Shown: one piece after another, positions 29,894 through 40,228 of the stretch
Position numbering within the stretch: position 1 is the stretch's first letter
Layout: every line of letters begins with the position of its first letter
IMG/VR virus record: IMGVR_UViG_2563366955_000016
Origin: a virus
Taxonomy: Duplodnaviria > Heunggongvirae > Uroviricota > Caudoviricetes
DNA: 41,253 bases
Direction: 5' to 3' (one strand)
Notes under the pieces: model-generated
Database searches by the model: none
What the model was told of the DNA's origin: nothing
Seen by the model: the letters and a program-made list of their open reading frames with translations, nothing else
Translations under genes and position numbers: made by a program

Positions 29894-30815
29894 AGCCTGC
29901 TTCTCCTTGCCTTTCGGCACGTAAGAGGCTAACCTAGATTTGCCGTTCATAGATTGAGCCTCAGATTAATGTTAAGCGTCTTGCAGGACGCGTAATGTTA
30001 ACTGGGGCTTTTCTCTATCTGCCTTTGGTGTTCATGCCTGAGGCAGATAGCCTCAAGCACCCGCAGCAATTCTACTTAACTCACGTCACCTCGCCAATAT
30101 AAAATCAATCAGAAAGGCGATCCATAAGAACAACAGCAAGGCAATAAATTGCCATTACAGCAGCAATAGCCAGCGCACATTTGAGAACCAGCACCACAAC
30201 CTCCTGTATTGGACGTACACCAGTCCTGATAAATATGAGGCTGTCTCGTCAGTGATTCAATACAACTATTGGGTATAGTTTCTGTGATTTTGTTCTGTAG
30301 AAATGGAACACAACAACCAGTCACCACCAGCACTTCTTTAAATACGCCAAGTCCGACGCAAGCTAACTTTCTAGTCCGCTTTGAGCGAAAAGCAGACTGT
30401 CACGCGTTGAAGTTAATTGTATTACTTAGATAAACACTATCATTTTCCTGACGTTAAGTTGTATCTTTGATAGGATTAAAAAACGTATAGATAGCTTATG
30501 CTACTGAGGGAATAAAAATGACGAAAATTAGTGAACGATGGAAGCACAATGGCATTACTGAAGGTTATTGCAATATTTGTGGGAAATATGGTTTGCTCAC
30601 AAAAGATCATGTTCCTCCAAAGTGCGCCATAACCTTAGGCCCTGTTTTGCAGAAAACAGTTAGCGAATTTTTTGGTATTCAGGAACCAGTTAAACCATTA
30701 AATGCTAAAAATGGCTCTTATTTCAGAACCATTTGCAGCCACTGTAACAATAAGGTATTAGGTGGGCTCGATGTTGCAATTGAAAATGTAACAAAGTCCT
30801 TTAAAGAACAGTTAA

Positions 30816-32010
<1,195 letters not shown>

Positions 32011-32672
32011 TTAAGTCGATATATGAATGGTATGAATGTATATCCATTCATTAGAATACCTTTTGATAGCATATCTTTCACTAAGGCTATGATTGGGCAC
32101 GTGCTATCAGCAACTTCAGTTGAAGATTGTAAAAAAGAACCCGTAGATAGCCCCTTCTATACACCTTTAAAGGATTATGTTTTGGGTAAAAATTCAAGTT
32201 TTGAGGAAACTCATGATATTTACTACTGGTTTTACCCACACAGAATGCACATATCCGCTCAAAGTGTAGCATTTATGAACGAAGGACATGTGGCATTTAT
32301 TTGTGCTTTACATTTTTTCCCTATCGGTTTTATTATCACAATGAAAAATGAAGGAACATACCCTGCCCACTCTACAAAATTAGAACTTGAAGATAAATTC
32401 CTTACATTTAATATGACCTCTATAAATTATGAGTATACGACATTTCCATTTGTAAATCTTAAGGGAAACCAAATGTATGCGATAAGCAACGGTCATACTT
32501 GTGTGAGTTATCCAATAATTAAGTGACGGCTAAATCATACAATCTACGCATGTTCACTTTCTACATATACCATCTATAATGTCCGCTGTTGGCACAAAGC
32601 GGACAACCACGCTAGCTCTACCCTGTGCCACAAAATGTCAATTTGCATCTGAACTAATGCACTTTAATCTCG

Positions 32673-33095
32673 TCACTTCAATAAATACCGAACATCCCCC
32701 TGATAAAACGACAATATGCGCTGCATAACTTCACTCTTCCGGCACTCGCGACAGATTATGTTCTGACGCCTGTCGTAGCGACGTATTTCTCCGTCAGGTA
32801 ATGACCAGATAAGGTCCGGATCAACCGCAGATGGTTTCTTCAGCTTTGCCCTTGAGAGCTTTTTACGGGCATTTTGCCAGTCCTTACGCGCCTGTTCAGA
32901 CGGGAATAACCCGTAACCAGAGTTGTATACATCGCCGCTGGCAACCAGCTCTCTTGCGAGAACGCTCATCAGATATCTTGTCGCACCTGTTTTGACTTCC
33001 AGTTGCCGTAACGTCTCACGTCCACTCTGGCGTACGAGTTCAACAACCTGCCCTTTAATTTTTTCTCGCTCTTCTTGTGTAAAAACTTTTGCCAC
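32673..33095 (-). CDS. hypothetical protein downstream of the replication gene, 140 aa
   Basis: ORF in the position of a P-like replication partner but too small and lacking Walker motifs. Confidence 0.4.
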   Translation of the reverse strand: MAKVFTQEEREKIKGQVVELVRQSGRETLRQLEVKTGATRYLMSVLARELVASGDVYNSGYGLFPSEQARKDWQNARKKLSRAKLKKPSAVDPDLIWSLPDGEIRRYDRRQNIICRECRKSEVMQRILSFYQGDVRYLLK

Positions 33096-33135
33096 AAGTC
33101 CTCCTGAAAATTACCTCATGACCAGAAATCAACAC

Positions 33136-34212
33136 TTACCCCCTGAAGCCCGGTGGAATTTCGGTATCCGGTTCAGAAATATGATTCACACAACGCTGGT
33201 TGTTCGTGCCGCTTACCGGGAGCAGCCAGGGGTTTTCAAAATTCCGGTCCGGTCCAAAAAACGTCGTCGCTCGCTGAACAAATTCCGTTCCCGTTTTCCC
33301 GGTAGCCGCAAGGTATCTTGCGTAACGCCTCACGCCATCCAGCATGGCCTCTGGTGACACCCCCTCGCGTAATCTGGCCTTCCAGGCACTGAAAGCGGAT
33401 TTCTTCGGGTTTGCCCCAGCACGCAACGGGTATTCCCGCCAGACCTGTTCGAACACATCCGGATAATCCACTCGTCCCACAGGCTGCCCGGTGTTTTCCG
33501 GGACTACCCGATCGGCTTCCCGCTGAATGGCGGAATCGGCTTCAGGCTGCTGCAGTTGGTGTGATTGCTCCGGCCTTGCGGTCATCACCTGCTGCACAGC
33601 GCCCGAATCGGCTTTCAGCGCATACGCTGAATCGGCTTCCGGTGTCGTGCCTGCTGGCTGACCAAGATTGACGGTCTGAACATCCCCTGCCTGGTTCGTG
33701 GCGTTTTTTACGCCATGGACCATAGTGTTTTGATCTTCTTGATCTGTATCTTTATCTGTATCTTTATCTGTCGTGACTCGTCGTGACATGTGCGTGACAT
33801 TTCGTGACGCGCCGTGACAATCGCCATTTTGTTCCCGCTTTCTTTCCCTCTCTCGCTGCGCCCTCTTGCGCTCTGCAGGAGATTTTGCGGTTTGCGAAAT
33901 ATTGCCGTTGTCCTCTTTAAGCACCTGGCGTTTTTCCCATCCAGTGATTAAATCACCATCAAGTACCCGCCCCTGCATCGTCTGCAAAATTGAATCAATT
34001 ACCTCTTCTGTCACGTCGAGCGCACTTGCCAAATCTTCTGTCGTGACATCAATGTGACCTCGCGTGACATTTCGTGACGCGCTCACCAAGAGGTGGATAT
34101 ACACTGCCATCACTGTTGCAATTGGCTGCCCTGACACCCTGGCAATTGTTCGCCACTTAGGGTCATTTGGCATGTCATGCCATAATCTGAGCCAAGCGTT
34201 AGCCATACTCAC
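33136..34212 (-). CDS. replication initiation protein (O-like replisome organizer), 358 aa
   Basis: Position downstream of cro/cII-like genes; N-terminal WLRLWHDMPNDPKWRTIA region; two iteron clusters inside the gene. Confidence 0.6.
   Translation of the reverse strand: MSMANAWLRLWHDMPNDPKWRTIARVSGQPIATVMAVYIHLLVSASRNVTRGHIDVTTEDLASALDVTEEVIDSILQTMQGRVLDGDLITGWEKRQVLKEDNGNISQTAKSPAERKRAQRERERKREQNGDCHGASRNVTHMSRRVTTDKDTDKDTDQEDQNTMVHGVKNATNQAGDVQTVNLGQPAGTTPEADSAYALKADSGAVQQVMTARPEQSHQLQQPEADSAIQREADRVVPENTGQPVGRVDYPDVFEQVWREYPLRAGANPKKSAFSAWKARLREGVSPEAMLDGVRRYARYLAATGKTGTEFVQRATTFFGPDRNFENPWLLPVSGTNNQRCVNHISEPDTEIPPGFRG
33741..33820. repeat. putative replication origin: five CGTGAC iterons at about 10-bp spacing plus adjacent 12-bp tandem repeat
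   Basis: CGTGAC at 33772, 33782, 33793, 33803, 33813; ATCTGTATCTTT repeated about 2.5 times at 33741-33770. Confidence 0.6.
34042..34082. repeat. second iteron cluster: four (C/T)GTGAC copies at about 10-bp spacing
   Basis: Copies at 34042, 34052, 34063, 34073; 20-mer CGTGACATTTCGTGACGCGC is identical to 33793-33812. Confidence 0.55.
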
Positions 34213-34277
34213 CTCTTCTGATACCGAATCTTTTTACTCACGAGTTGCCGGAAGCGATTCGATATGGCTATTGTCAG

Positions 34278-34703
34278 TCAATGTACTGCCACAGCATTTC
34301 CTGCCGGGCCACCACGGTTCATCTGATTGAAACCGGCGATTGCCACTGCGACAAAATCATCAGCGTCTCTCACCAATCGCTCCCGCGTCTCCACCAGCTC
34401 CCGAAAATAAGCTGAACTGTGGCTGCGCATTCTGGCCACCAGCAAAGGTGGCATTGCCTTTTCGATCGCTGGTAACAACGCCTGAATTTTTTCAACTGCA
34501 TCAGGGGTGTCTTTCTCTACCCAGCGGAAAATTTTCTGGGTATTGCGAGCCAGGGCTTCCGGATGGCTGTCGTCATACAGTTCAGGAAACGTCATACCCA
34601 ACTCAAAATAAGCCTGGGTTATTCCAGCTGCTGGAACTTTTTCGCCATCAGGACGCGCCCAGGCATTCATCGCCATGCGGATGTGTTCATGCTTGATTTT
34701 CAT
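34278..34703 (-). CDS. YdaT-family protein in the cII position, 141 aa
   Basis: Position directly downstream of the Cro-like gene as in the Rac ydaS-ydaT pair; family call from synteny and size. Confidence 0.45.
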   Translation of the reverse strand: MKIKHEHIRMAMNAWARPDGEKVPAAGITQAYFELGMTFPELYDDSHPEALARNTQKIFRWVEKDTPDAVEKIQALLPAIEKAMPPLLVARMRSHSSAYFRELVETRERLVRDADDFVAVAIAGFNQMNRGGPAGNAVAVH

Positions 34704-34930
34704 GAATCCCCCCCTTGGTTAGAAGGCGGATTATGATCAGAACCGGGAATGACAACCGTCGGTATGTGTAACTCATATTTGAGCGCCCCGGCAGTGACTG
34801 CCTGAATTAGCAACGCCCATTTCCACGGAACCTCTTCCCCCCACATGCTGACTGTGGTTTTTGACGTTCCTAGAGCTGCGGCTGTTTTAACAACTCCGCC
34901 AAAATAGCCTAATACTTCTGATTTTTTCAT
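34700..34930 (-). CDS. Cro-like / YdaS-family HTH regulator
   Basis: Divergent from the repressor; start set at MKKSEV with GGAG RBS; HTH-like GVVKTAAALGTSKTTVSMW. Confidence 0.6.
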   Translation of the reverse strand: MKKSEVLGYFGGVVKTAAALGTSKTTVSMWGEEVPWKWALLIQAVTAGALKYELHIPTVVIPGSDHNPPSNQGGDS

Positions 34931-35021
34931 GAGTCGCTCCATAAAACTGAACGCCAAAAGTTTAATAATCAAAACCAAAGAAAGTCAAGAAACAAAACCA
35001 TCTGTGTTTTAAAATCAAAAC
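34931..35021. promoter_or_regulatory. immunity-region divergent promoter/operator interval
   Basis: 91-bp AT-rich spacer between divergent repressor and cro-like starts; palindromes AAAAC-N7-GTTTT (34994-35010) and AAACT-N9-AGTTT (34944-34962); repeated CAAAAC half-sites. Confidence 0.45.
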
Positions 35022-35660
35022 ATGAGCAAGCAAACAATATCTGAACGCATAACCCAACGTATGCATGCGCTAAACCTGAAAGGCAAAGACCTTGTCAATG
35101 CCACTGGCGCATCAAAAGGCTCCGTAAGTCAATGGATGAACGGTGGAGGAGCGCCGTCCTCGCGTTACATAAGTTCACTGGCAAAGATATTGAAAGTAAA
35201 CGAAAATTGGCTTCTTAATGGAGGAGAGTTAAATACAGGTGATTCGCTTGATCTATCTTTACCGCCGATAAAAACGGTTCCGCTACTATCACTTCAGCAG
35301 GCAGCAAGCTGGAGTGATTATATGAAAAATTCCTCAATAACCTCTTGTGTGCAGCTTGTCGGAGAAATCCCGGCCAATACCTTTGCAGTTGTTCTAGAGA
35401 GTGACAGTATGTCAACATCTGGTGGGGGAGTTTCCATCCCAAATGGTTCAACAGTTTTTGTTGATCCCGATCGAACCGTACAACCAGGAAATATTGTCCT
35501 TGCCTTACCCAAAGGGACCACAACACCTGTCATTCGTAAACTGGAGATAGAAGGGCCGGATATTCTTTTAGTCCCCACGAATCCTCGCTACCCTTCAATT
35601 ATGCTGGATGATCTATCTTGCATATTGGGCGTATGCTTTAAAATTCAACAAGATATTTAA
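35022..35660 (+). CDS. CI-like repressor with HTH and S24 (LexA-like) peptidase domain, 212 aa
   Basis: N-terminal HTH (KGKDLVNATGASKGSVSQWMNG); C-terminal SDSM Ser motif and VIRKL Lys region consistent with autocleavage. Confidence 0.8.
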   Translation: MSKQTISERITQRMHALNLKGKDLVNATGASKGSVSQWMNGGGAPSSRYISSLAKILKVNENWLLNGGELNTGDSLDLSLPPIKTVPLLSLQQAASWSDYMKNSSITSCVQLVGEIPANTFAVVLESDSMSTSGGGVSIPNGSTVFVDPDRTVQPGNIVLALPKGTTTPVIRKLEIEGPDILLVPTNPRYPSIMLDDLSCILGVCFKIQQDI

Positions 35661-35739
35661 CCAACCTCATCTATTTGATTAACTGTATGCCATCGTGGTG
35701 ATGGCTTAACAGCTGCCTGCTTAAAATGTTTTGATAAAA

Positions 35740-35768
35740 AAACATTGACCTAAAAAGTTCATTTTTCT
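35740..35768 (+). promoter_or_regulatory. candidate sigma70 promoter of the early-left (dicB) operon
   Basis: TTGACC - 17 bp - TAAACT; inverted repeat AATGTTTT-N6-AAAACATT (35719-35741) overlaps the -35 element. Confidence 0.4.
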
Positions 35769-35952
35769 AAACTTCATTCATTCCCTCACCCCACCCCACA
35801 GAATGCAGGGCAATACTTCGAGTTACCAGGCAGTGGTCAGGGGTTAAGTAGCCAGCCCGAGGCGTAAGAACATGACGGCAGGGTTCAACTTTAATAACTA
35901 TGCAGCAGGTTTTTGTTCCGCTACCCCGGCGTTAAGGGGAAATGAGGTCAAC

Positions 35953-36108
35953 ATGGATACTATCGATCTTGGCAACAACGAATCTCTGGTGTACGGCGTG
36001 TTTCCCAACCAGGACGGCACATTCACCGCGATGACGTATACCAAAAGCAAAACGTTTAAAACCGAAAATGGTGCCCATCGCTGGCTGGAAAGAAACTCAG
36101 GTGAGTGA
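35953..36108 (+). CDS. ydfA: YdfA-like small protein, 51 aa
   Basis: MDTIDLGNNESLVYGVFPNQDGTF...; first gene of a Qin-type dicB operon. Confidence 0.7.
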   Translation: MDTIDLGNNESLVYGVFPNQDGTFTAMTYTKSKTFKTENGAHRWLERNSGE

Positions 36109-36109
36109 T

Positions 36110-36238
36110 ATGGATTTCGACACAATCATGAAAAAGGCTTACGAAGAATACTTCGAAGGCCTTGCCGAAGGCGAAGAAGCTCTCAGCTTCAGTGAGTTTA
36201 AACAGGCGCTTTCCAGCTCGGCAAAATCTAACGGCTGA
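36110..36238 (+). CDS. ydfB: YdfB-like small protein, 42 aa
   Basis: MDFDTIMKKAYEEYFEGLAEGEEALSFSEFKQALSSSAKSNG; ATG overlaps the ydfA stop; below the 60-aa ORF-track cutoff. Confidence 0.6.
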   Translation: MDFDTIMKKAYEEYFEGLAEGEEALSFSEFKQALSSSAKSNG

Positions 36239-36267
36239 TAAGCGAAGCAGCACCGCGAGGAATCAGT

Positions 36268-36486
36268 ATGCAGAAACGAGAACCCGTCATCATCGCGCCA
36301 GACTATACCGATGATGAACTTTATGAGTGGATGCGCCAGAAAATTAATGCAGCGCAGGATCTGAAATGGGCCAATGAAGCCAGGGCTAAGCAGGCTGAAA
36401 ATCTGTCCGCTCTGGAGCAGGATATCACCAGGCTGGAAAAAGCAGCGGCATTAAGCATTGCCAGAATGATTACATACCCGCGTTAA
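36268..36486 (+). CDS. ydfC: YdfC-like small protein, 72 aa
   Basis: ORF in operon order ydfA-ydfB-ydfC. Confidence 0.65.
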   Translation: MQKREPVIIAPDYTDDELYEWMRQKINAAQDLKWANEARAKQAENLSALEQDITRLEKAAALSIARMITYPR

Positions 36487-36826
36487 TAGCTAACCAACGA
36501 AGCTAAGGTTGGTAATTAAGGAGTTCTCCACGGGTGAGGTGGAGTGCGTGCGCCGGACACGGGTGAGCATCCGGCACTGACAGTTTACTGAAAGGATATT
36601 TCCCTGAAAAGTCAGACCATAACGCGAAAGCGCACGGCGAGGTAGCTGGTTCATAGATAGCCTGTCGTTAAATTATCGTCGACCGTGCGCTTCCGGTTGT
36701 GGCACTCCGCGAAATGGCGCGGCGGTAAGTATGGCGGGGTTATTCCTTCCCCGTTGAGGACACCGGGTTGTCAGGTTGACCATACGCTTAAGTGACAACC
36801 CCGCTGCAACGCCCTCTGTTATCAAT

Positions 36827-36879
36827 TTTCTGGTGACGTTTGGCGGTATCAGTTTTACTCCGTGACTGCTCTGCCGCCA
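36827..36879 (+). ncRNA. dicF: DicF small regulatory RNA
   Basis: UUUCUGGUGACGUUUGGCGGUAUCAGUUUUACUCCGUGACUGCUCUGCCGCC followed by a U-run matches the DicF sequence as I recall it; sits between ydfC and dicB. Confidence 0.8.
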
Positions 36880-37056
36880 TTTTTAAAGTGAATTTTGTGA
36901 TGCGGTGAATGCGGCTAAGCGCACGCGGAACAGTTAAAACCAAAAACAGTGTTATGGGTGGATTCTCTGTATCCGGCGGCGTTAATTGTTAACTGGTTAA
37001 CGTCACCTGGAAGCACCAGGCACCGCATCACAAAACTCATTGTTGAGGGCGCGATA

Positions 37057-37245
37057 ATGAAAACGTTATTACCAAACGTTAATACGTCTGAAGGTTGTTT
37101 TGAAATTGGTGTCACTATCAGTAATCCTGTATTCACTGAAGAGGCCATTAACAAAAGAAAACACGAACGGGAGTTATTAAATAAAGTATGCATTGTTTCA
37201 ATGCTGGCCCGTTTACGTCTGATGCCAAAAGGATGTGCACAATGA
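37057..37245 (+). CDS. dicB: cell division inhibitor DicB, 62 aa
   Basis: MKTLLPNVNTSEGCFEIGVTISNPVFTEEAINKRKHERELLNKVCIVSMLARLRLMPKGCAQ; internal start within the track ORF 36949..37245. Confidence 0.85.
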   Translation: MKTLLPNVNTSEGCFEIGVTISNPVFTEEAINKRKHERELLNKVCIVSMLARLRLMPKGCAQ

Positions 37246-37430
37246 ATCCAGTATTTGCACTTATTCTGACGGTTTTTCTTGTTTCCGGAGAGCCAGTTGA
37301 TATTGCAGTCAGTGTTCACAGAACAATGCAGGAATGTATGGCCGCAGCAACCGAACAGAAAATTCCAGGCAACTGTTATCCGGTCGATAAAGTTATTCAC
37401 CAGGATAACGAAATCCCGGCAGGATTTTAA
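37242..37430 (+). CDS. ydfD: YdfD-like small membrane protein (lysis-associated), 62 aa
   Basis: MNPVFALILTVFLVSGEPVDIAVSVHRTMQECMAAATEQKIPGNCYPVDKVIHQDNEIPAGF; ATG overlaps the dicB stop. Confidence 0.75.
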   Translation: MNPVFALILTVFLVSGEPVDIAVSVHRTMQECMAAATEQKIPGNCYPVDKVIHQDNEIPAGF

Positions 37431-37523
37431 AACAGCACCGTAATAAATATCCAGTTTCATTCTTATATGTCAGCAATGGCAGAGATTTGTTCACCCTTAA
37501 ATCTGTGATGAGGTTTATCAATA

Positions 37524-39966
37524 ATGAGCACTGATAAAGAAGAATTTGCACTATATTGCGAAGCAAAAAATGACAAAGTAAGAAAACGCCTGGGAATTAA
37601 AGGTGGTTTTTACTGGACTACAGCAAAAAAATTATCTGTTGCAATCTCCCGCTGCATTACCGCAATGGATGACAACGATTATGATGAAGACGACTTTAAA
37701 AAACCCGTCCGCGTCAATTTGCCCGTTGTTGACGACCTTCCGCCAGAAGGCGTGTTTGATACTGAATTCTGCAACCGCTATGAAAAAGGCGGGAAAGATG
37801 GCATCACAATGACATTTATCGGCCCTTCCCCCTCTGTTCAGGACAAACCAGCCAGCACTGACAATACCAACATCAACGGCGAAGACATGACTGAGATTGA
37901 GGAGAGCATGCTTCTGCCTGTCTCCGGTCAGGAACTGCCCATTCGTTGGCTTGCTCAACACGGCAGCGAAAAACCAGTAACGCACGTTTCACGCGACGAA
38001 CTCCAGGCATTACACATTGCACGGGCTGAAGAACTACCGGCTGTTACTGCCCTGGCTATTTCGCATAAAACCAGTCTGCTCGACTCGCTGGAGATTCGCG
38101 ACCTCCACAAACTGGTTCGTGACACTGACAAAGTTTTCCCTAATCCTGGTAATTCAGACCTGGGACTAATAACTGCTTTTTTCGAAGCATACCTGGACGC
38201 TGACTACACTGATCGGGGTCTGCTGACAAAAGAGTGGATGAAAGGAAATCGTGTTTCACGCATCACCCGCACGGCTTCCGGTGCTAATGCTGGCGGTGGG
38301 AACAAAACCGATCGCAATCCGAATTTAGTACACACCCTCGACACACTGGATGTGGAGATTGCAGCAGCCACACTTCCGATGGATTTTAATATTTATGAAA
38401 TTCCGGGCAGCGTTTATCGTCGCGCAAAAGAAGTAGTCCTGAAAAAAGAAAGTCCGTTCAAAGAATGGTCCGCAGCACTTCGTGCAACCCCGGGTATTCT
38501 GGACTATTCCCGCGCCGCTATTTTTGCACTTATCCGAAGCGCACACCCTGAATTTTATCACTACCCGGGACGCCTTCAGGGGTATATCAACGCCTATTTG
38601 ACGGAAACTGATCACGAGAACCCCAGCAAGGAAACTCTCACAGCTGCCCGGCATACGCCGGAAAAAGATATCCTGGAAGAAATTAACCGCGAGGTGGTTA
38701 CTGAGCGTGAAACAGAAGAAGAAAAACCACAACCATCTGACGCAATGGCAGGTGAACAGGCAACAACTGAAACAATGGAACCGGATACAACTGAACATTG
38801 CCAGAACGCGCAGTCGCTGGATGCTCAGTCGCAGGTGAGTTCCGCTAACCAAGTAAAAGTCACCGCTGACGAAGTAAACAAAATTATGCAGGCAGCCAAT
38901 ATCAGCCAGCCTGACGCCGATAAGTTACTTGCTGTATCGCGTGGTGAATTTGTTGAGGGGATTAGCGACCCTAATGATCCGAAATGGGTCAAGGGGATCC
39001 AGACTCGCGATTCTGTGAACCAGAACCAGCATGAATCGGAACGGAACGACCAAAAAGCGGAACAAAACAGCCCAAATGCGTTACAAAACGAGCCAGAAAC
39101 GAAACAATCCGAACCAGTAGCGCAACAGGAACCGGAAAAAGTCTGCACCGCCTGCGGTCAGAGCGGTGGCGGCAACTGCCCTGATTGTGGCGCGGTGATG
39201 GGCGACGCAACATACCAGGAAACATTCGATGAAGAGAATCAGGTTGAAGTTCAGGAAAATGATCCGGAGGAAATGGAAGGCGCTGAACATCCACACAAGG
39301 AGAACCCTGGCGGCAATCAGCATCACGCCAGCGATAATAAAACTGGCGAGGCGACAGATCCCTTAATTAAGGTGAATGGTCATCATAAGCTCACATCCAC
39401 CAGCAGAGCGGGGATTCATCTGATGATCGACCTTGAAACCATGGGAAAAAATCCCGATGCCCCGATTATCTCAATAGGCGCAATATTTTTCGATCCACAA
39501 ACCGGAGATATGGGACCGGAATTTAGCAAGACCATCGATCTGGATACTGCTGGCGGAGTCATTGATCGTGACGTCATTAAATGGTGGCTAAAGCAATCAC
39601 GTGAAGCGCAGTCTGCCATTATGACCGATGAAATCCCGTTAGATGATGCACTACTGCAATTGCGGGAATTTATCGACGAAAACTCCGGTGAATTTTTTTG
39701 TTCAGGTCTGGGGTAATGGGGCCAACTTCGACAACGTGATTTTACGCCGTTCATACGAACGACAGGGTATCCCCTGCCCGTGGCGCTACTGCAACGATCG
39801 CGATGTACGCACAATCGTTGAGCTGGGGAAAGCCATAGACTTCGATGCCAGAACTGCTATCCCATTCGAAGGTGAGCGCCATAATGCACTTGATGACGCT
39901 CGTTACCAGGCAAAATACGTTTCAGCTATCTGGCAAAAACTGATCCCGAGTCAGGCTGATTTTTAA
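37524..39966 (+). pseudogene. large acidic protein with C-terminal DEDD-type 3'-5' exonuclease domain, split by a +1 frameshift in a T7 tract
   Basis: 730-aa ORF (37524..39716) carries exonuclease motif I IDLETMG and ends 9 codons after the T-run at 39693-39699; the downstream frame (to 39966) carries motif II WGNGANFD and motif III HNALDDA. Confidence 0.65.
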
Positions 39967-40024
39967 TGTTCAACCCTAATTGCCGCTAACCGTATATAGT
40001 TAGCGGCGGTTATGAGATATAGCT

Positions 40025-40228
40025 ATGAGCAGCTTATTTTTAACCGAAGATGAATTGCTAATATTAACGGGCTGCAAATATGCAAGCCACCAGCGAAAAT
40101 GGTTAATGGAAAACGGGCTTCCGTTCTATACCAATCGTAGTGGCAAACCGATTGTCAGCCGGGATCTATTTACCTGCAATAAAACTTTACCACCACGCGA
40201 GGTAGAGCCGAATTTTGGTGCGATCTGA
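40025..40228 (+). CDS. excisionase-like small protein, 67 aa
   Basis: Small basic ORF immediately upstream of and overlapping the integrase start. Confidence 0.5.
   Translation: MSSLFLTEDELLILTGCKYASHQRKWLMENGLPFYTNRSGKPIVSRDLFTCNKTLPPREVEPNFGAI

Noticed and set aside
30109-30333. Cys-rich 74-aa minus-strand ORF (13 Cys) upstream of hok
   Set aside because: Starts with GTG and has only a marginal RBS; no conserved spacing pattern of known Cys-rich peptide families recognised; possibly a chance ORF, though a small peptide cannot be excluded
33741-34082. Possibility that the short direct repeats are a CRISPR array
   Set aside because: Repeat unit is only 6-7 bp with about 4-bp spacers, lies inside a coding sequence and has no cas genes nearby; far better explained as replication iterons
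36068-36313. Apparent 81-aa plus-strand ORF spanning ydfB
   Set aside because: Came from my own mis-transcription of one line during manual translation; re-reading the sequence gives the 42-aa ydfB ORF (36110..36238), consistent with the ORF track
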